Origin: Octopus bimaculoides
Lineage: Eukaryota
DNA length: 48,541 nucleotides
Reading direction: 5' to 3'
Assembly (NCBI RefSeq): GCF_001194135.2
Contig: NC_068981.1
Location: forward strand, 3,619,985-3,668,525
Shown here: one piece after another, positions 12,581-24,850 of the stretch
How positions within the stretch are numbered: position 1 is the stretch's first letter
Layout: each line of letters begins with the position of its first letter
The notes under the pieces: generated by a model
Told to the model about the DNA's origin: nothing
What the model saw: only the letters and a program-made list of their open reading frames with translations
Database searches by the model: none
Made by a program: the position numbers and the translations under genes

Positions 12581-13489
12581 GGGACTTATTAGAAAAGAAA
12601 TCCCTCCTTCTAGAAACATTTTAAATCCAAAACAAGGGGCAAAGAAGACTAATAACATGAAATAATTGAAATGTTGGTAAAATATGGAAAAGGTTGTGTG
12701 GGAACTATTATAGGGTTTGAACTGTAGCAGGAATTTGAAACCAATTCCCTGGATAACCAGTTAGACATCACAACCATTTCATATGAATGGTTTATTAAGC
12801 AACCAATCAGCAGCAAGCCATCACATGATTCAATCTTCTAGAATCTTTTTCTTGTGTCCTATAAAAGGCTGCTTTAGGTGGTAATTAATTGCAGAATGTT
12901 GAGGCAGCCAAGTGAAATGTTCCTCCATTCCTGTCACATTAGACGGTTCCAGATATTTGCACAGACATCTCCAGGTTCTTGCATAGACCGAACAAAACAT
13001 TCACACAACGTCTCATAAATAATTTCTTTGAACATAACTCAGTTTTTCCTTCTCTCTCAGGATGCAATAATTGCTGTTGTTTCTCTGTAAAAGACCAACA
13101 TAGCTTGTCTTGATGTGCAACAACAGAATCTTCTGTTAAATATTTGTGGGTGTCATTCAGCTATTTCTTCATACAGCTGAAGAAACATATTTTCATTCAT
13201 TGAGTCAATCAGTCACCACCACAAACCAGACTAGTCTAGACCAGACCAGGCCAACAAATGCCAAGCAACAGAACAAATAATAAGAGCAAAATAAAATTCC
13301 TAATGGAAGATTCGTCATGTTGGAAATTTTGTCCAATTTGAATTAACAGCCGGAATTTCATTTTAGTATGGAATTAATCTTCTGGAAGAAAACCGTTATT
13401 GAGAAAATAGCAAAATACTGTGTAAAGCAATGAAGCTCAGAATTTACTATAGCATCTGGCGTTATGTCAAACATGTGGCATATGTGTGT

Positions 13490-13507
13490 GTGTGTATGCA
13501 CACACGT

Positions 13508-13551
<44 letters not shown>

Positions 13552-13580
13552 CCACACACACACACACACATACACACACA

Positions 13581-13620
<40 letters not shown>
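13490..13620. repeat. (CA)n microsatellite running into a gap (N 13621-13894)
   Basis: Direct. Confidence 0.95.
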
Positions 13621-14138
13621 NNNNNNNNNNNNNNNNNNNNNNNNNNNNNNNNNNNNNNNNNNNNNNNNNNNNNNNNNNNNNNNNNNNNNNNNNNNNNNNN
13701 NNNNNNNNNNNNNNNNNNNNNNNNNNNNNNNNNNNNNNNNNNNNNNNNNNNNNNNNNNNNNNNNNNNNNNNNNNNNNNNNNNNNNNNNNNNNNNNNNNNN
13801 NNNNNNNNNNNNNNNNNNNNNNNNNNNNNNNNNNNNNNNNNNNNNNNNNNNNNNNNNNNNNNNNNNNNNNNNNNNNNNNNNNNNNNNNNNNNNNATATAT
13901 ATATACAGACAGACAGACAGATAGATAGAGCAATATGCTTTTTAATAAAGCATATTACTCTACCTCTGGTATTCAAGTACTATTTTTTTCCACCTTGTTT
14001 CACATTTATGTGCTTACTCTGATAGACAGACAGACCGACAACAAACAAACCAACAGACATACCGACAGACAGACAGACAGACAGATAGACAGACAGACAG
14101 ACAGATAGATAGATAGATAGATACAAAGACAGATAGAT

Positions 14139-16661
14139 AGAAGTTTGCTTTCCAGTTACATGGTTCCAGGTTCAGTCCCACTGTGTGGCATCTTGGGCAA
14201 ATGTCTTCCAGAATAACCCTGAAAGTGGACTTGATAGTTAGAAATTGAAAGAAGCCTATCATCATCAACATCGTTTAATATCCGTTTTCCATGCTGGCAT
14301 GGGTTGGACTGAGGTCTGGAGAGCCAGCGGCTGCACCAGGCTCCAATCTAAATCTGTCAATGTTTCTACAGCTGGATGCCCATCCTAATGCCAACTACTC
14401 GACCATGTTCAGATAGTGCTTTTTACGTGCCACCGGCACGGTAGCCAGTCAGGCAGACCTGACATCAACCACATTCAGATGGTGCTTTTTACATGCCATT
14501 AGCACAGGAGTCAGTCAGGGGTAATTTACTTGATTCAACAGGTCTTCTCAAGCATATCATATTGCCCAACACATTAGGGGTACTCTTAACTGGGCCGGAC
14601 ATGCATGGCTGCGATCTCACTCTAGTTGCCGGGTCTCTTCAATCACAGCATAACTCCAAAGGTCTCGGTCTCCTGTCATTGCCTCTGTGAGGCCCAATGT
14701 TTGAAGGTCATGCTTCATTCACCACCTCATCTCATGTCTTCCTGAGTCTACCTCTTCCACAGGTTCCTTCCACAGTTAGGAAGTGGCACTTCCTCACACA
14801 GCTGTCCTCATCCATATGTAGCATGACCATACCAACGCAGTTATCTCTCTTGCACACCACCTTTGACACTTCTAATGCTCAACCTTTCTCTTAGGGTGCT
14901 TACACTATGTCATGTGTGCACACTGACATTACACATCCAGCAGATCATACTAGCTTCATTTCTTTCAAACCTACACATGTCCTCAGCAGTCATGACCCAT
15001 GTTTCACTGCTGTGTAGCATGACAGTTCACACACATGCCGCATACAGTCTACCTTCCATCCTGAGTGAGAGGCTCTTAGTTTCCAGCAGAGGTAGCACCT
15101 CCCTGAACTTTGCCCAAGTTATTCTTATTCTAGCAGCTACACTCTCAGAGCAACCACCCCCACTACAGACTTGGTTGCCTAGGTAGCGGAAGCTATTACC
15201 TACTTCTAGTTTCTCCCCCTGGCATGTGATGGAATCTATTTTCTGTAAATCTTAAGTGTTTATTGCCTGTGTACATCTGCCACGCCCATAAAAACTATCT
15301 TCCTGGTAAACCTTCCCTTGATACTGCAGCACCTCTTATGTGTCCATAGCTTACACTGGGTACATCACATGGAGTTTCTACCTACGCCTTTTCTACAGAT
15401 CGAGCAGGGCTATCTACCTGAAGGGGTTTGTGATTTGACAGTCTTCCTACATACTAAGATTTTGGTTTTTGCTAGTTTGCCCCTAAGGCCCGTCCACACA
15501 CTAAACTTTGTTTCTAGTTCTGGTAGTGACTCAGCTATTAGAGCAAGGTCACCAACAAAGAAGAACTCCTAGGGGTGGCCTGTCTTGAATTTCTCTGTTA
15601 TTGACTGGAGCACTATGATGAATAAGAGGGGGCTGAAGACTGATCCTTGGTGGACCCCTATTCCTAACAGGAATTCTTTACTATACTTGTTACCAACCCT
15701 CGCCTTACTGACAGTATCCCTGTACAGGGCTTGTACAGCTCTTACCAACCACTCGTGTATCCCCAGTTTCTGCATTGACCACCAGATAAGGGATTGGGGG
15801 ACCCTGTAAAAAGCTTTCTCCAAAACAACAAAAGCCAAGTAGAGAGGTTTATCTTTGGCTAAATATTTCTCCTGCAGTTGCTGTACCAGAAATATAGCAT
15901 CAGTGGTGCTTCTACATGGCACAAACCCAAACTGCATCTCATTTAGGCTAACTCTCTCCCTAATTAGTTGGGCAATGACCCTCTCTGTAACTTTCATCAC
16001 CTAATCCAATAATTTGATACCCCTGTAGTTATTTCTGTCTAAAGCATCACCTTTACCCTTGTAGCAATTGACTATGGTGCTACTACACCACTCATTGGGT
16101 ATGACTCCTTCATGTATCACCTGATTTACAATACAGGTCACTAGACCATAACCCACACCGCCCAACATTTTAAGCATCTTAGCGGGGATTCCTGGTGGGC
16201 CAGGTGCTTTCCCTATCTTCATATCCTTAATTGCTTTATCTACCCACGTACTGTCAATTTGGGTAGCTGGTCCCTCAATTGGGTCAACCTTTGGCAGACT
16301 CTCCTGCTCCCATTCATTCTCCACATTCAGCAATCTTTCATAATGGCATCTCTAAGCCATTTTCTTTGCAGACTCATTAAACGCAAGGGCACCATCGTTC
16401 ATGCAGACACATTTCTCTCCTACGACATCATGGTTTTCTCTTACATACTGTCTTGCAATCCGAAATACTTTGGTCCTCATGTCGCTGAACATTGGCAAAC
16501 TTCTTTTCTGCTACTCCCTTGGCTATATATATATACCTGTCCCCTAGCTTCCCTTTTGGCTATCTGATACATTTTCCTGCTACCCCCACTCTTCCATGCC
16601 TTCCAAGCCTGTTTCTTTGGTCTATCATATATATATATATATACATATGTATACACACACA

Positions 16662-16719
<58 letters not shown>

Positions 16720-16945
16720 CGTGTGTGTGTGGGGGGGTTACTGTGTCTGTGTTTCTCCCCAACCAGTGCTCGTCAACTGGTATCGGTGTGTTTACATCAA
16801 TGCAACTTAGTGGTTCAGCAAAAGGAACTGATAAAATAAGTACCAGGCTTAAAAAATATGTCCCAGAGTCAATTCATTCTACTGAAATACTTAACAGCAG
16901 TGCCCCAGCATGGCCGCAGTCTAATGACTGAAACAAGTAAAGGAT
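14139..16945 (+). mobile_element. SINE family A split by an antisense RTE LINE (head 14139-14257, tail about 16735-16945)
   Basis: Head ends GAAAGAAGCCT; the microsatellite and body resume after 16625. Confidence 0.75.
14258..16625 (-). mobile_element. RTE-clade LINE, 5'-truncated, ~2.4 kb, decayed
   Basis: RT motifs KAPGP, YKGKGD..NYRGIKLL, QFGF..STTDAIF, GVHQGS.LSP.LF; catalytic YADD degraded to FVGD; 3'UTR ending in (GAT)n; possible 7-bp TSD CTATCAT. Confidence 0.92.
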
Positions 16946-17626
16946 GAAAGGCAAAAGATGTGTATGTGTATTTGTCTGTTGTGTGTATGTGTGTGTATGT
17001 TGTATGTGCATGTATATGTGTATGTGTTTGTGTGTGTGTGTGTATGTGTGCGCGCACTCATATGCATGTGTGTCTGCATGAATTCAAGTGTGTGTGTGTG
17101 TACTTAATCACCAGAGTACAGGAGGAAGGATGGTCTCAACTTTGTCTGAAAGTATTACTAAAGCATCCGATATTTGTTCCAGAAAATTCCATCAACAATT
17201 TAAGTACAGGAAACAGCAGTAATTCACAAAGACAATGCTTCCACTCAACACAATATGATGACAGAGATTTCCAGAGTTAATTAAGCAGCTATTCATAAAA
17301 ACAAGTTGTTCTGCTCCCAGTTATTTTTGGAAAGAGACAGATTTCCAAAATCTAGTTTTTAAAACAAACAAAAATAAATAAATCAATAAAAAAACAATTC
17401 TTTCTTTTTATTCATTTTAATGAATTCGAAAAATATGAAAGAATATTAAATTATTCAGTTCTTTCTGTTTTTGAATTCTACAAGAAAGGGGAATAAAAAT
17501 ACAATCTTGTCATTGCTTTGACCTCAAATATGCCATTGGTCATTTCCTCACTAAATTCTTAACCTAAATTTTAACCTTTCACAACCCAATGTCTTTCAGT
17601 GTCGTGTCAAGTATACATGTAAATCA

Positions 17627-17830
17627 CCATCATTATTCAACATCTGTTTTCTATGCTGGCATGGGTTGGACTGTTTTACAAGAACTGGCTGGTCAGAGAG
17701 CTGCACCAGGCTCTAATTGTCTGTTTTAGCAAGGTTTCTACAGCTGGATGCCCTACCTAATGTCAACCACTTTACAGAGTGTACTGGGGGCTTTTTATGG
17801 GCCACAATCTCAAGTGTTTTTTGCGTGGCA
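17627..17830 (-). mobile_element. RTE 3'-tail fragment
   Basis: CATGCTGGCATGGGTTGGAC...CTACAGCTGGATGCCC shared with the other RTE tails. Confidence 0.75.
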
Positions 17831-18009
17831 CTATCACTAGAGTTTTTTTTATTCAATGAAATAAAAGGAAGTAAATTCTTCAGAATTTTGTTGCCTAAAA
17901 AATATGTGTTACTGGCTACTCAAGGCCATACATACACATATACATAGATGCATATATACATGTTGTGTACGCACATGCATACATATTTGCGTTATGGATA
18001 CAATCTATA

Positions 18010-18251
18010 CATGGAACAATAAAATTTTCCATAAGTTTATCATTTAAATATATATGAGCATGTCTAGATATGTAACTATATGCTTGAGAATACATACATA
18101 AAAGAAAACATACAAATCTGCACATATACATACATATAAACAAAAATACCCTGTTGTTAATGTTGAAATTCCAATGATGGAGCCTTGGATCTAGGTTAGA
18201 AACCAGCTCTTTCTCCATTGGCAAGAAATCTTGAAGTAAAACTGAATAATG
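18010..18251 (+). mobile_element. R4/Dong-like LINE, 3'UTR-only copy
   Basis: Near-collinear with 38810-39053 (GAGCATGTCTAGATATG...GATGGAGCCTTGGATCTAGG). Confidence 0.8.
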
Positions 18252-18300
18252 ATATACATACATATACACTTACAGGCATACATATATGAATGTATATATT

Positions 18301-18341
<41 letters not shown>

Positions 18342-18419
18342 TTCAAGGGCATGCCCTGGCACTTGGCACCATCTATTTTCTCTTCTTTTACTCAACCATC
18401 CCATTTATATTTTGACCCC

Positions 18420-18570
18420 TGTCACTTATCGGTTCAGCGAAAAGAGACCAATAGAGTAAGTACAAGGCTTACAAAGAATATGTCCTGTGGTCGATTTGTT
18501 CGACTAAAGGCAGTGCTCCAGCATGGCCGCAGTCAAATAACCGAAACAAGTAAAAGAGTAAAAGAATAAA
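18420..18570 (+). mobile_element. SINE family A tail
   Basis: GGTTCAGCGAAAAGAGACCAATAGAGTAAGTAC...CAGCATGGCCGCAGTC. Confidence 0.8.
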
Positions 18571-18590
18571 AGAATACATGTATATATTTG

Positions 18591-18665
18591 CATACATGTA
18601 CATACATGTACATACATGTACATACATGTACATACATGTACATACATGTACATACATGTACATAC
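18591..18665. repeat. 10-bp tandem repeat (CATACATGTA)n containing the palindrome TACATGTA
   Basis: About 7 perfect units. Confidence 0.9.
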
Positions 18666-19035
18666 ATATATGTGTATATACTCATAGCCACACATACATA
18701 CTTGTATGCACATACATCCTGCATCTATTTTAAATGTCACAAGGAACTAAATAGACAAATATTTCCTTTAAGGGTTCTGTAAATTATAGCAAAAGAGAAA
18801 AGCCAACATAAAACTTAAGATCATCTCTCATGGTTCATTGATGATAAACAATATTGTTGACAGGATATGACCTTCCACTTAACAGAAACAAACATCTGCT
18901 TTTCATATGTTTAATGTCAAGAAGATAATATGTTTGGGCAAAATTATCATGGAATCACATGAAGAACTGACAGAATGTTGAATTTTAAGAGAGAAATAAT
19001 GTCTTACAGTAAGAAAAGCTTGAGTTTATAGAAGA

Positions 19036-20901
19036 ACTAGCAGTATAACCCGACCTTGTCCGGGTGTGACTTATTATGCCATCTACGATAAGTCTTGCTA
19101 GCTGAAAATCAACTAAAAAAGAAAGCCTTACAACGAAAAAACCCTTATGATGTAAATATGTTCATAATTCAAAAGACGATGAAATTAGTAGGGAAAGTCT
19201 GAAGGCTGTTTTGCGTAAAATCATTAAGCATACGTAAATTTCATACGTGTAATTGGCTATAGAAATGCTTGTGCAAAACAACTTTTTGCGCTGCCCTGAT
19301 TATACATAGCAGGGTAATCCCTTTTCACAGGAGCTAGGATGGCAATTTGTGATGAAGCAATTGCTGGCGATCTGTTGCTAAACGGTTTTGCCAGAATTCT
19401 ANNNNNNNNNNNNNNNNNNNNNNNNNNNNNNNNNNNNNNNNNNNNNNNNNNNNNNNNNNNNNNNNNNNNNNNNNNNNNNNNNNNNNNNNNNNNNNNNNNN
19501 NNNNNNNNNNNNNNNNNNNNNNNNNNNNNNNNNNNNNNNNNNNNNNNNNNNNNNNNNNNNNNNNNNNNNNNNNNNNNNNNNNNNNNNNNNNNNNNNNNNN
19601 NNNNNNNNNNNNNNNNNNNNNNNNNNNNNNNNNNNNNNNNNNNNNNNNNNNNNNNNNNNNNNNNNNNNNNNNNNNNNNNNNNNNNNNNNNNNNNNNNNNN
19701 NNNNNNNNNNNNNNNNNNNNNNNNNNNNNNNNNNNNNNNNNNNNNNNNNNNNNNNNNNNNNNNNNNNNNNNNNNNNNNNNNNNNNNNNNNNNNNNNNNNN
19801 NNNNNNNNNNNNNNNNNNNNNNNNNNNNNNNNNNNNNNNNNNNNNNNNNNNNNNNNNNNNNNNNNNNNNNNNNNNNNNNNNNNNNNNNNNNNNNNNNNNN
19901 NNNNNNNNNNNNNNNNNNNNNNNNNNNNNNNNNNNNNNNNNNNNNNNNNNNNNNNNNNNNNNNNNNNNNNNNNNNNNNNNNNNNNNNNNNNNNNNNNNNN
20001 NNNNNNNNNNNNNNNNNNNNNNNNNNNNNNNNNNNNNNNNNNNNNNNNNNNNNNNNNNNNNNNNNNNNNNNNNNNNNNNNNNNNNNNNNNNNNNNNNNNN
20101 NNNNNNNNNNNNNNNNNNNNNNNNNNNNNNNNNNNNNNNNNNNNNNNNNNNNNNNNNNNNNNNNNNNNNNNNNNNNNNNNNNNNNNNNNNNNNNNNNNNN
20201 NNNNNNNNNNNNNNNNNNNNNNNNNNNNNNNNNNNNNNNNNNNNNNNNNNNNNNNNNNNNNNNNNNNNNNNNNNNNNNNNNNNNNNNNNNNNNNNNNNNN
20301 NNNNNNNNNNNNNNNNNNNNNNNNNNNNNNNNNNNNNNNNNNNNNNNTCTGTAGTTATGCCATCAATGTTTTGTAAATATACCACGATGTGAATGATTGT
20401 GTTTACTTGCACGTGTATACGTTTGCGAGAGCGAGAGAGGAAGAAGGGGAGAAATGAATAGAGATTGAGAGCAATGTGTATGTTGTTGTCACAGGTCATG
20501 TATGTGTGGTTGTGTGTGTTTTTACGTATCTATGTTATGAAAAATAGGTAAAGAATACTGAGATGAAACTTATCTATGACGTTGTATGTATCACTTTCTC
20601 TCTCTCTCCCTCTCCCTCTTTTACTCTTACTCTCTATATTTTTATGTTGAGCACGTGTGTAAGAATGGCGTTCCAGGTAGAAGGGATGAAATATAAAAGT
20701 TGCTAGAAACGACAGCCAAATCTCCCTTAAATCACACAAAGTAAATGGAATTTTAAAAATCTAATTACTGCACTGGAAAGTTCACATCGAGAAAATTCCA
20801 TTGATGTAAAAATTTTTACGAAAAAGTGGAAAATGTGGATTTCTATAAACTTTCAAAAAGGCTTTACACAGACACACAACTTCAGATTTATATATTAAGA
20901 T
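19036..20901. mobile_element. Probable non-autonomous Helitron/HINE (Lep1/DINE-1-like) element spanning a gap (N 19402-20346)
   Basis: Starts ACTAGC followed by a GC hairpin ACCCGACCTTGTCCGGGT; ends ACAGACACACAACTTC...TTTATATATTAAGAT. These termini resemble that class. Interior is mostly missing. Confidence 0.45.
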
Positions 20902-20984
20902 TATAAGAGCATAAGAGAAAGTAGAGTGCGTGGCAAAAAATCCTTTAATATTTTACAGGAGGACAAATAATGAACAGCAGCAAA

Positions 20985-21295
20985 AGCATTGGCACTCCAC
21001 TGGTTACGACAATCATTGGTTCAGTTGATCTGACCAATGGAACAGCCTGCTCATGAAATTAATGCGTGAGGGGTTGAGCACTCCACAGACATGCATGCCC
21101 TTAACATAGTTCTCAAGGAGATTCAACATGATGCACCATATATGACAAGGCTGGCCCTTTCAAATACATATATACAACTCATTTTTATTAGTTGACCAGA
21201 CTGGAGCAACGTGGAATAAATAACACACCACCGGGAACTAAACTGATGACCTAGCAATTATGAGGTTAATGCCCGAACCACTAAGACATGCACCT
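20985..21295 (-). mobile_element. SINE family D (tRNA head; central region resembling the Deu/Nin domain)
   Basis: Reverse-complement match to the 41635 copy (GTCTGTGGAGTGCTCAACC...AATTTCATGAGCAGGCTGTTCC). Confidence 0.7.
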
Positions 21296-21359
21296 CCACA
21301 GAAAATACATACTCTATACTTAATCAAACAATACATTCACAAACAGTGAAATATCAGTG

Positions 21360-21935
21360 ACATGGTGCCAGTGCCACCTGTCATGTATAAAGCACCATTC
21401 AAGCATGGCTGATGCCAATGCTGCCTGACTGGCACCTGTGCCAGTAGCATGTAAAAAGCACCATTTGAGCATGGCTGACGCCAGTGCCGCCTGACTGGCA
21501 CTTGTGCCAGTGGTACATAAAAAGCACCATTCAAGCATGGCTGATGCCAATGCTGCCTGACTGGCATATAAAAAGTGGTTTGTCTGCCTTCCTACTTACT
21601 AAAACTTTGGTTTTTGCTAGATTGACTTAAAGGCCCTTCAATTCTAGAGCTTGCTTCTCCTCTAGTTCTGATAGTGACTCAGCTATCAGAGCAAGGTCAT
21701 CAGCATAGAGGTGCTGACCAATAGCATGTAAAAAGTACCATTCGAGGATGACCAATGCCAGTGCCACCTGACTGGCACCCATACCAGTGACATGTAAAAA
21801 GCACCATTCGAGCATGGCTGATGCCAGTGCTGCCTGACTGGCACTCATGCCGGTGGCATGTAAAAAGCATCATTCAAATGTGGCTGATGCCAGTGCTGCC
21901 TGACTGGCACCCGTGCCGGTGGCACATAAAAAGCA
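21360..21935 (+). repeat. RTE-3'UTR-derived ~66-bp minisatellite array with an embedded antisense RT fragment (about 21572-21715)
   Basis: Units GTGCCAGTGGCA.GTAAAAAGCACCATTCGAGCATGGCTGATGCCAGTGCTGCCTGACTGGC. The insert reads LYADDLALIAESLSELEEK on the minus strand. Confidence 0.85.
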
Positions 21936-22113
21936 CCATTTGAGTCCTGGAGTCGATTCATTTGACTAAAAATTCTTCAAGGTGGTGCCCCAGCATGGCC
22001 ACAGCCTAATGACTGAAATCAGTAAAAGATAAAAGATAAAAGATAAATTTTATTGGTTTAGCGATAAAATTCACATAAATTTTCCTGAGTGATATTGAGT
22101 ATTTTCATCAGCA

Positions 22114-22798
22114 TTTAGTTTGGATTGTGTTGTGATATTGTGGAAACCTGGTGTGCATTCTGGCACAGACAAGTTAACATTCATTTGGTATTTCACTTAT
22201 AGATTCTTGCTTCTCATGGTTTCTTGCTTTCCATTTTTTTTTCTGAGAAAAAGATCTCTCAAGATAAAAAAAATATAAACCTAGAAGTGGTTCTCTCCCC
22301 TTAAGAAAAACAATATTCACCCTCTTGGTCATCCCATAAGTAAGTAATCCATTGCCATATCACGGTTCACCTATCATGCACTCAGTACATCACGCTTCAC
22401 CTATCACACGCTCAGTACATCATGGTTCACCTATCACACACTCAGTACATCACGCTTCACCTATCACATACTCAGTACATCGCAATTCATCTATCATGCA
22501 CTCAGTACATCCTGGTTCACCTAACGCGCACTCAATACATCACGGTTCACCTATCATACACTCAGTACACCATGCTTCACCTATCGTGCACTCAGTACAC
22601 CAAGGATTTTTCTGCCTAATATATGTAAATTTATATCGTGGACACCTCAGTATATCGCAGGTTTCTGTGGCCAATAGGTATTTATATTCTTTTAGATTTT
22701 AATTATTTCTGTGGGAGGTTCTGGAACGTAACACTCGCAATAGTTGAGGACTTACTGTAATCATTCTTTCTCTCTTCCACTCTCTTTCTCCCTCCCCA

Positions 22799-22831
<33 letters not shown>

Positions 22832-23150
22832 TACTCCACAAGCAACTATAAGCAGCAGCAGCAGTAGTTCCCAGTCAAATAACCACATGTTCCTGAGAAG
22901 TTCCTGCATTTAATCATTATAGTTCTGTTGCACTTAATTGCTTTAGGTATTCACCTTGTCATCCTGAAAATGGTATTCTGTGTATAGCTTTGGCAATAAA
23001 GCTCCTCATGGTATATGATTCAGAGCATTAGTCAGTTTTTAGTTCAGAATGTATGGTGATATTGTGGAGATCTGGTGTGCATTCTGGTACAGAGAAGCTA
23101 ACACTTATTTGATATTTCTCTTAGAGATTCCTGCTTCACATGGTTTCTTT
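22114..23150. repeat. ~115-bp direct repeat pair (22114-22227 and 23038-23150)
   Basis: GTGATATTGTGGA.A.CTGGTGTGCATTCTGG.ACAGA.AAG.TAACA occurs twice, 924 bp apart. Confidence 0.8.
22358..22610 (+). repeat. 30-bp minisatellite (~8.5 units); one open frame gives His-rich H(H)GSPI.HSV repeats
   Basis: Unit ATCACG(G/C)TTCACCTATCA..CACTCAGTAC; ORF track 22352-22702. Confidence 0.9.
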
Positions 23151-24171
23151 CTTCCTTTCTATCTTTATTTCTTTTTTCGGAAAAGTTCCTGCATATTCAT
23201 TAAGTGAGATTATGAATAGATAACTAGAAAAGTTATTGATTCCAGCTGGTGAAATAACAAAATTGCAGAGTATGAATGTTGAATTCCAAATATGATTCTA
23301 AATTCCACTGATAACGAATAAAATAAAAACGTGGAGTTTTAGAAAAAAAAAAAAATTATAAACATTATTTAAGCAACAACTCATATTTTGTTTGCACATA
23401 AATCTTAAAATATCTCTGTCAGTGAAGGGAGAACGAAACTAAATCTACATTTTTTTTTTTTCAAGAGGAATGCAAAATAAATAAACAAAAACACACTCTT
23501 GTATTTTAGTTCTCTATTGAAGATGGCAGTTTAAGTGATGTCTATCTTAGATAAAACTAAGAAGGATGCTGGCACATCAGTCATAAAACACACCCAAAAT
23601 TTCCAGGAAATAACATGGAACGAACTTTATAAGTATTGGAGCTATTACTTAACATATTTTAGGCTGATTACAAGAACGCGTTTATCAAGTTTGCCAAAAC
23701 GGTTAAATGGAGGTTTTTGCACCCATAATTTACTGATGCATAAGAGAAAAGAAAAGAAATTTGTCATAAATTTCATATCCTCATCACCATCAGCAGCATC
23801 ATTGATTAAGGGCCCACTTTCCTATACTTGTTTAGGTAGGACAAAATTTATTGAGACAGGCATTTTATGGCTGAATGTCCTTCTTGTTGTGAGCCCTCAC
23901 CTGTTTCCAGGTATGGCTGTATTTCCCTATGGCCAGTCATATCTTGCAGAATATTGGAATTGATACTGCTGGTATGACAGTGATATTCATTTACAATTCA
24001 CTTAATGTGAAGACAAGGGGACACACACACACACATATGACGGACTTGTACCAAATCCATCTACAAGGCTTTGGTTGGCCTGGGGCTATAGTAGAAGACA
24101 CTTGCCCAAGATACCACGCAGTGGAATTCAAAACCAGAGAGTTTGGAAGCGAACTCCTCGACCACACAACC

Positions 24172-24850
24172 ACATCATCATCATCATCATTTAACATCCG
24201 CTTTCCATGCTAGCATGGGTTGGACGATTTGACTGGGGACTGGTGAACCAGATGGCTACACCAGGCTCCAATCTGATTTGGCAGAGTTTCTACAGCTGGA
24301 TGCCCTTCCTAACGCCAACCACTCTGAGAGTGTAGTGGGTGCTTTTTACATGCCACTGGCATGAAAGCACGCTTGAATGGTGCTTTATATGTGCCACCAG
24401 CACAAGGGCCAGTCAGCCGGCACTGGCATTGACTACACTCGAACAGTGCTTTTTACGTGCCACTGGCACAAGGGCCAGTCAGGCGGCACTGGCAATGACC
24501 ATGCTTGAATGGCACTTTTTATGTGCCACTGGCACAAGGACCAGTCAGGTGGTACTGGCAACAACCATGCTCGAATGGTGCTTTTTATGTGCTACCAGTA
24601 CAAGGGCCAGTCAGGAGGCACTGGTAACAACCACGCTTGAATGGTGCTTTTCCCGTGCCACCGGCACAAGGGCCAGTCAGGCGGCACTGGCAATGACCAT
24701 ACTTGAATGTTACTTTTTACATGTCACTGGCACAAGGGCCAGTCAGGTAGTACTAGCATCGGCTACACTCGAATGGTGCTTTTTATGTGCCACCAGCATG
24801 GGACCAGTCAGCCGGCACTGGCATCGACCACACCTGAATGGTGCTTTTTC
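24172..24850 (-). mobile_element. RTE 3' end with a 7-unit, 66-bp minisatellite expansion
   Basis: (CAT)n tail at 24172; units AGTGCTTTTTACGTGCCACTGGCACAAGGGCCAGTCAGGCGGCACTGGCAATGACCATGCTTGAAT. Confidence 0.9.

Noticed and set aside
12600-13200. Possible Harbinger transposase remnant on the minus strand (MNENMFLQLYEE...VCANIWNRL..EWRNIS)
   Set aside because: Only weak resemblance, many stops, and no diagnostic motif retained.
23535-23963. 142-aa ORF; sub-segments loosely resemble an AGC kinase tail (FQEITWNELY) or GPCR helix 8 (ADYKNAFIKF)
   Set aside because: The similarities are too short to support, and the 3' part of the ORF runs into a repeat.
24340-24850. CRISPR-like appearance of regularly spaced palindromic repeats
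   Set aside because: The whole 66-bp unit repeats with no unique spacers, there are no cas genes, and the context is eukaryotic RTE 3'UTR.
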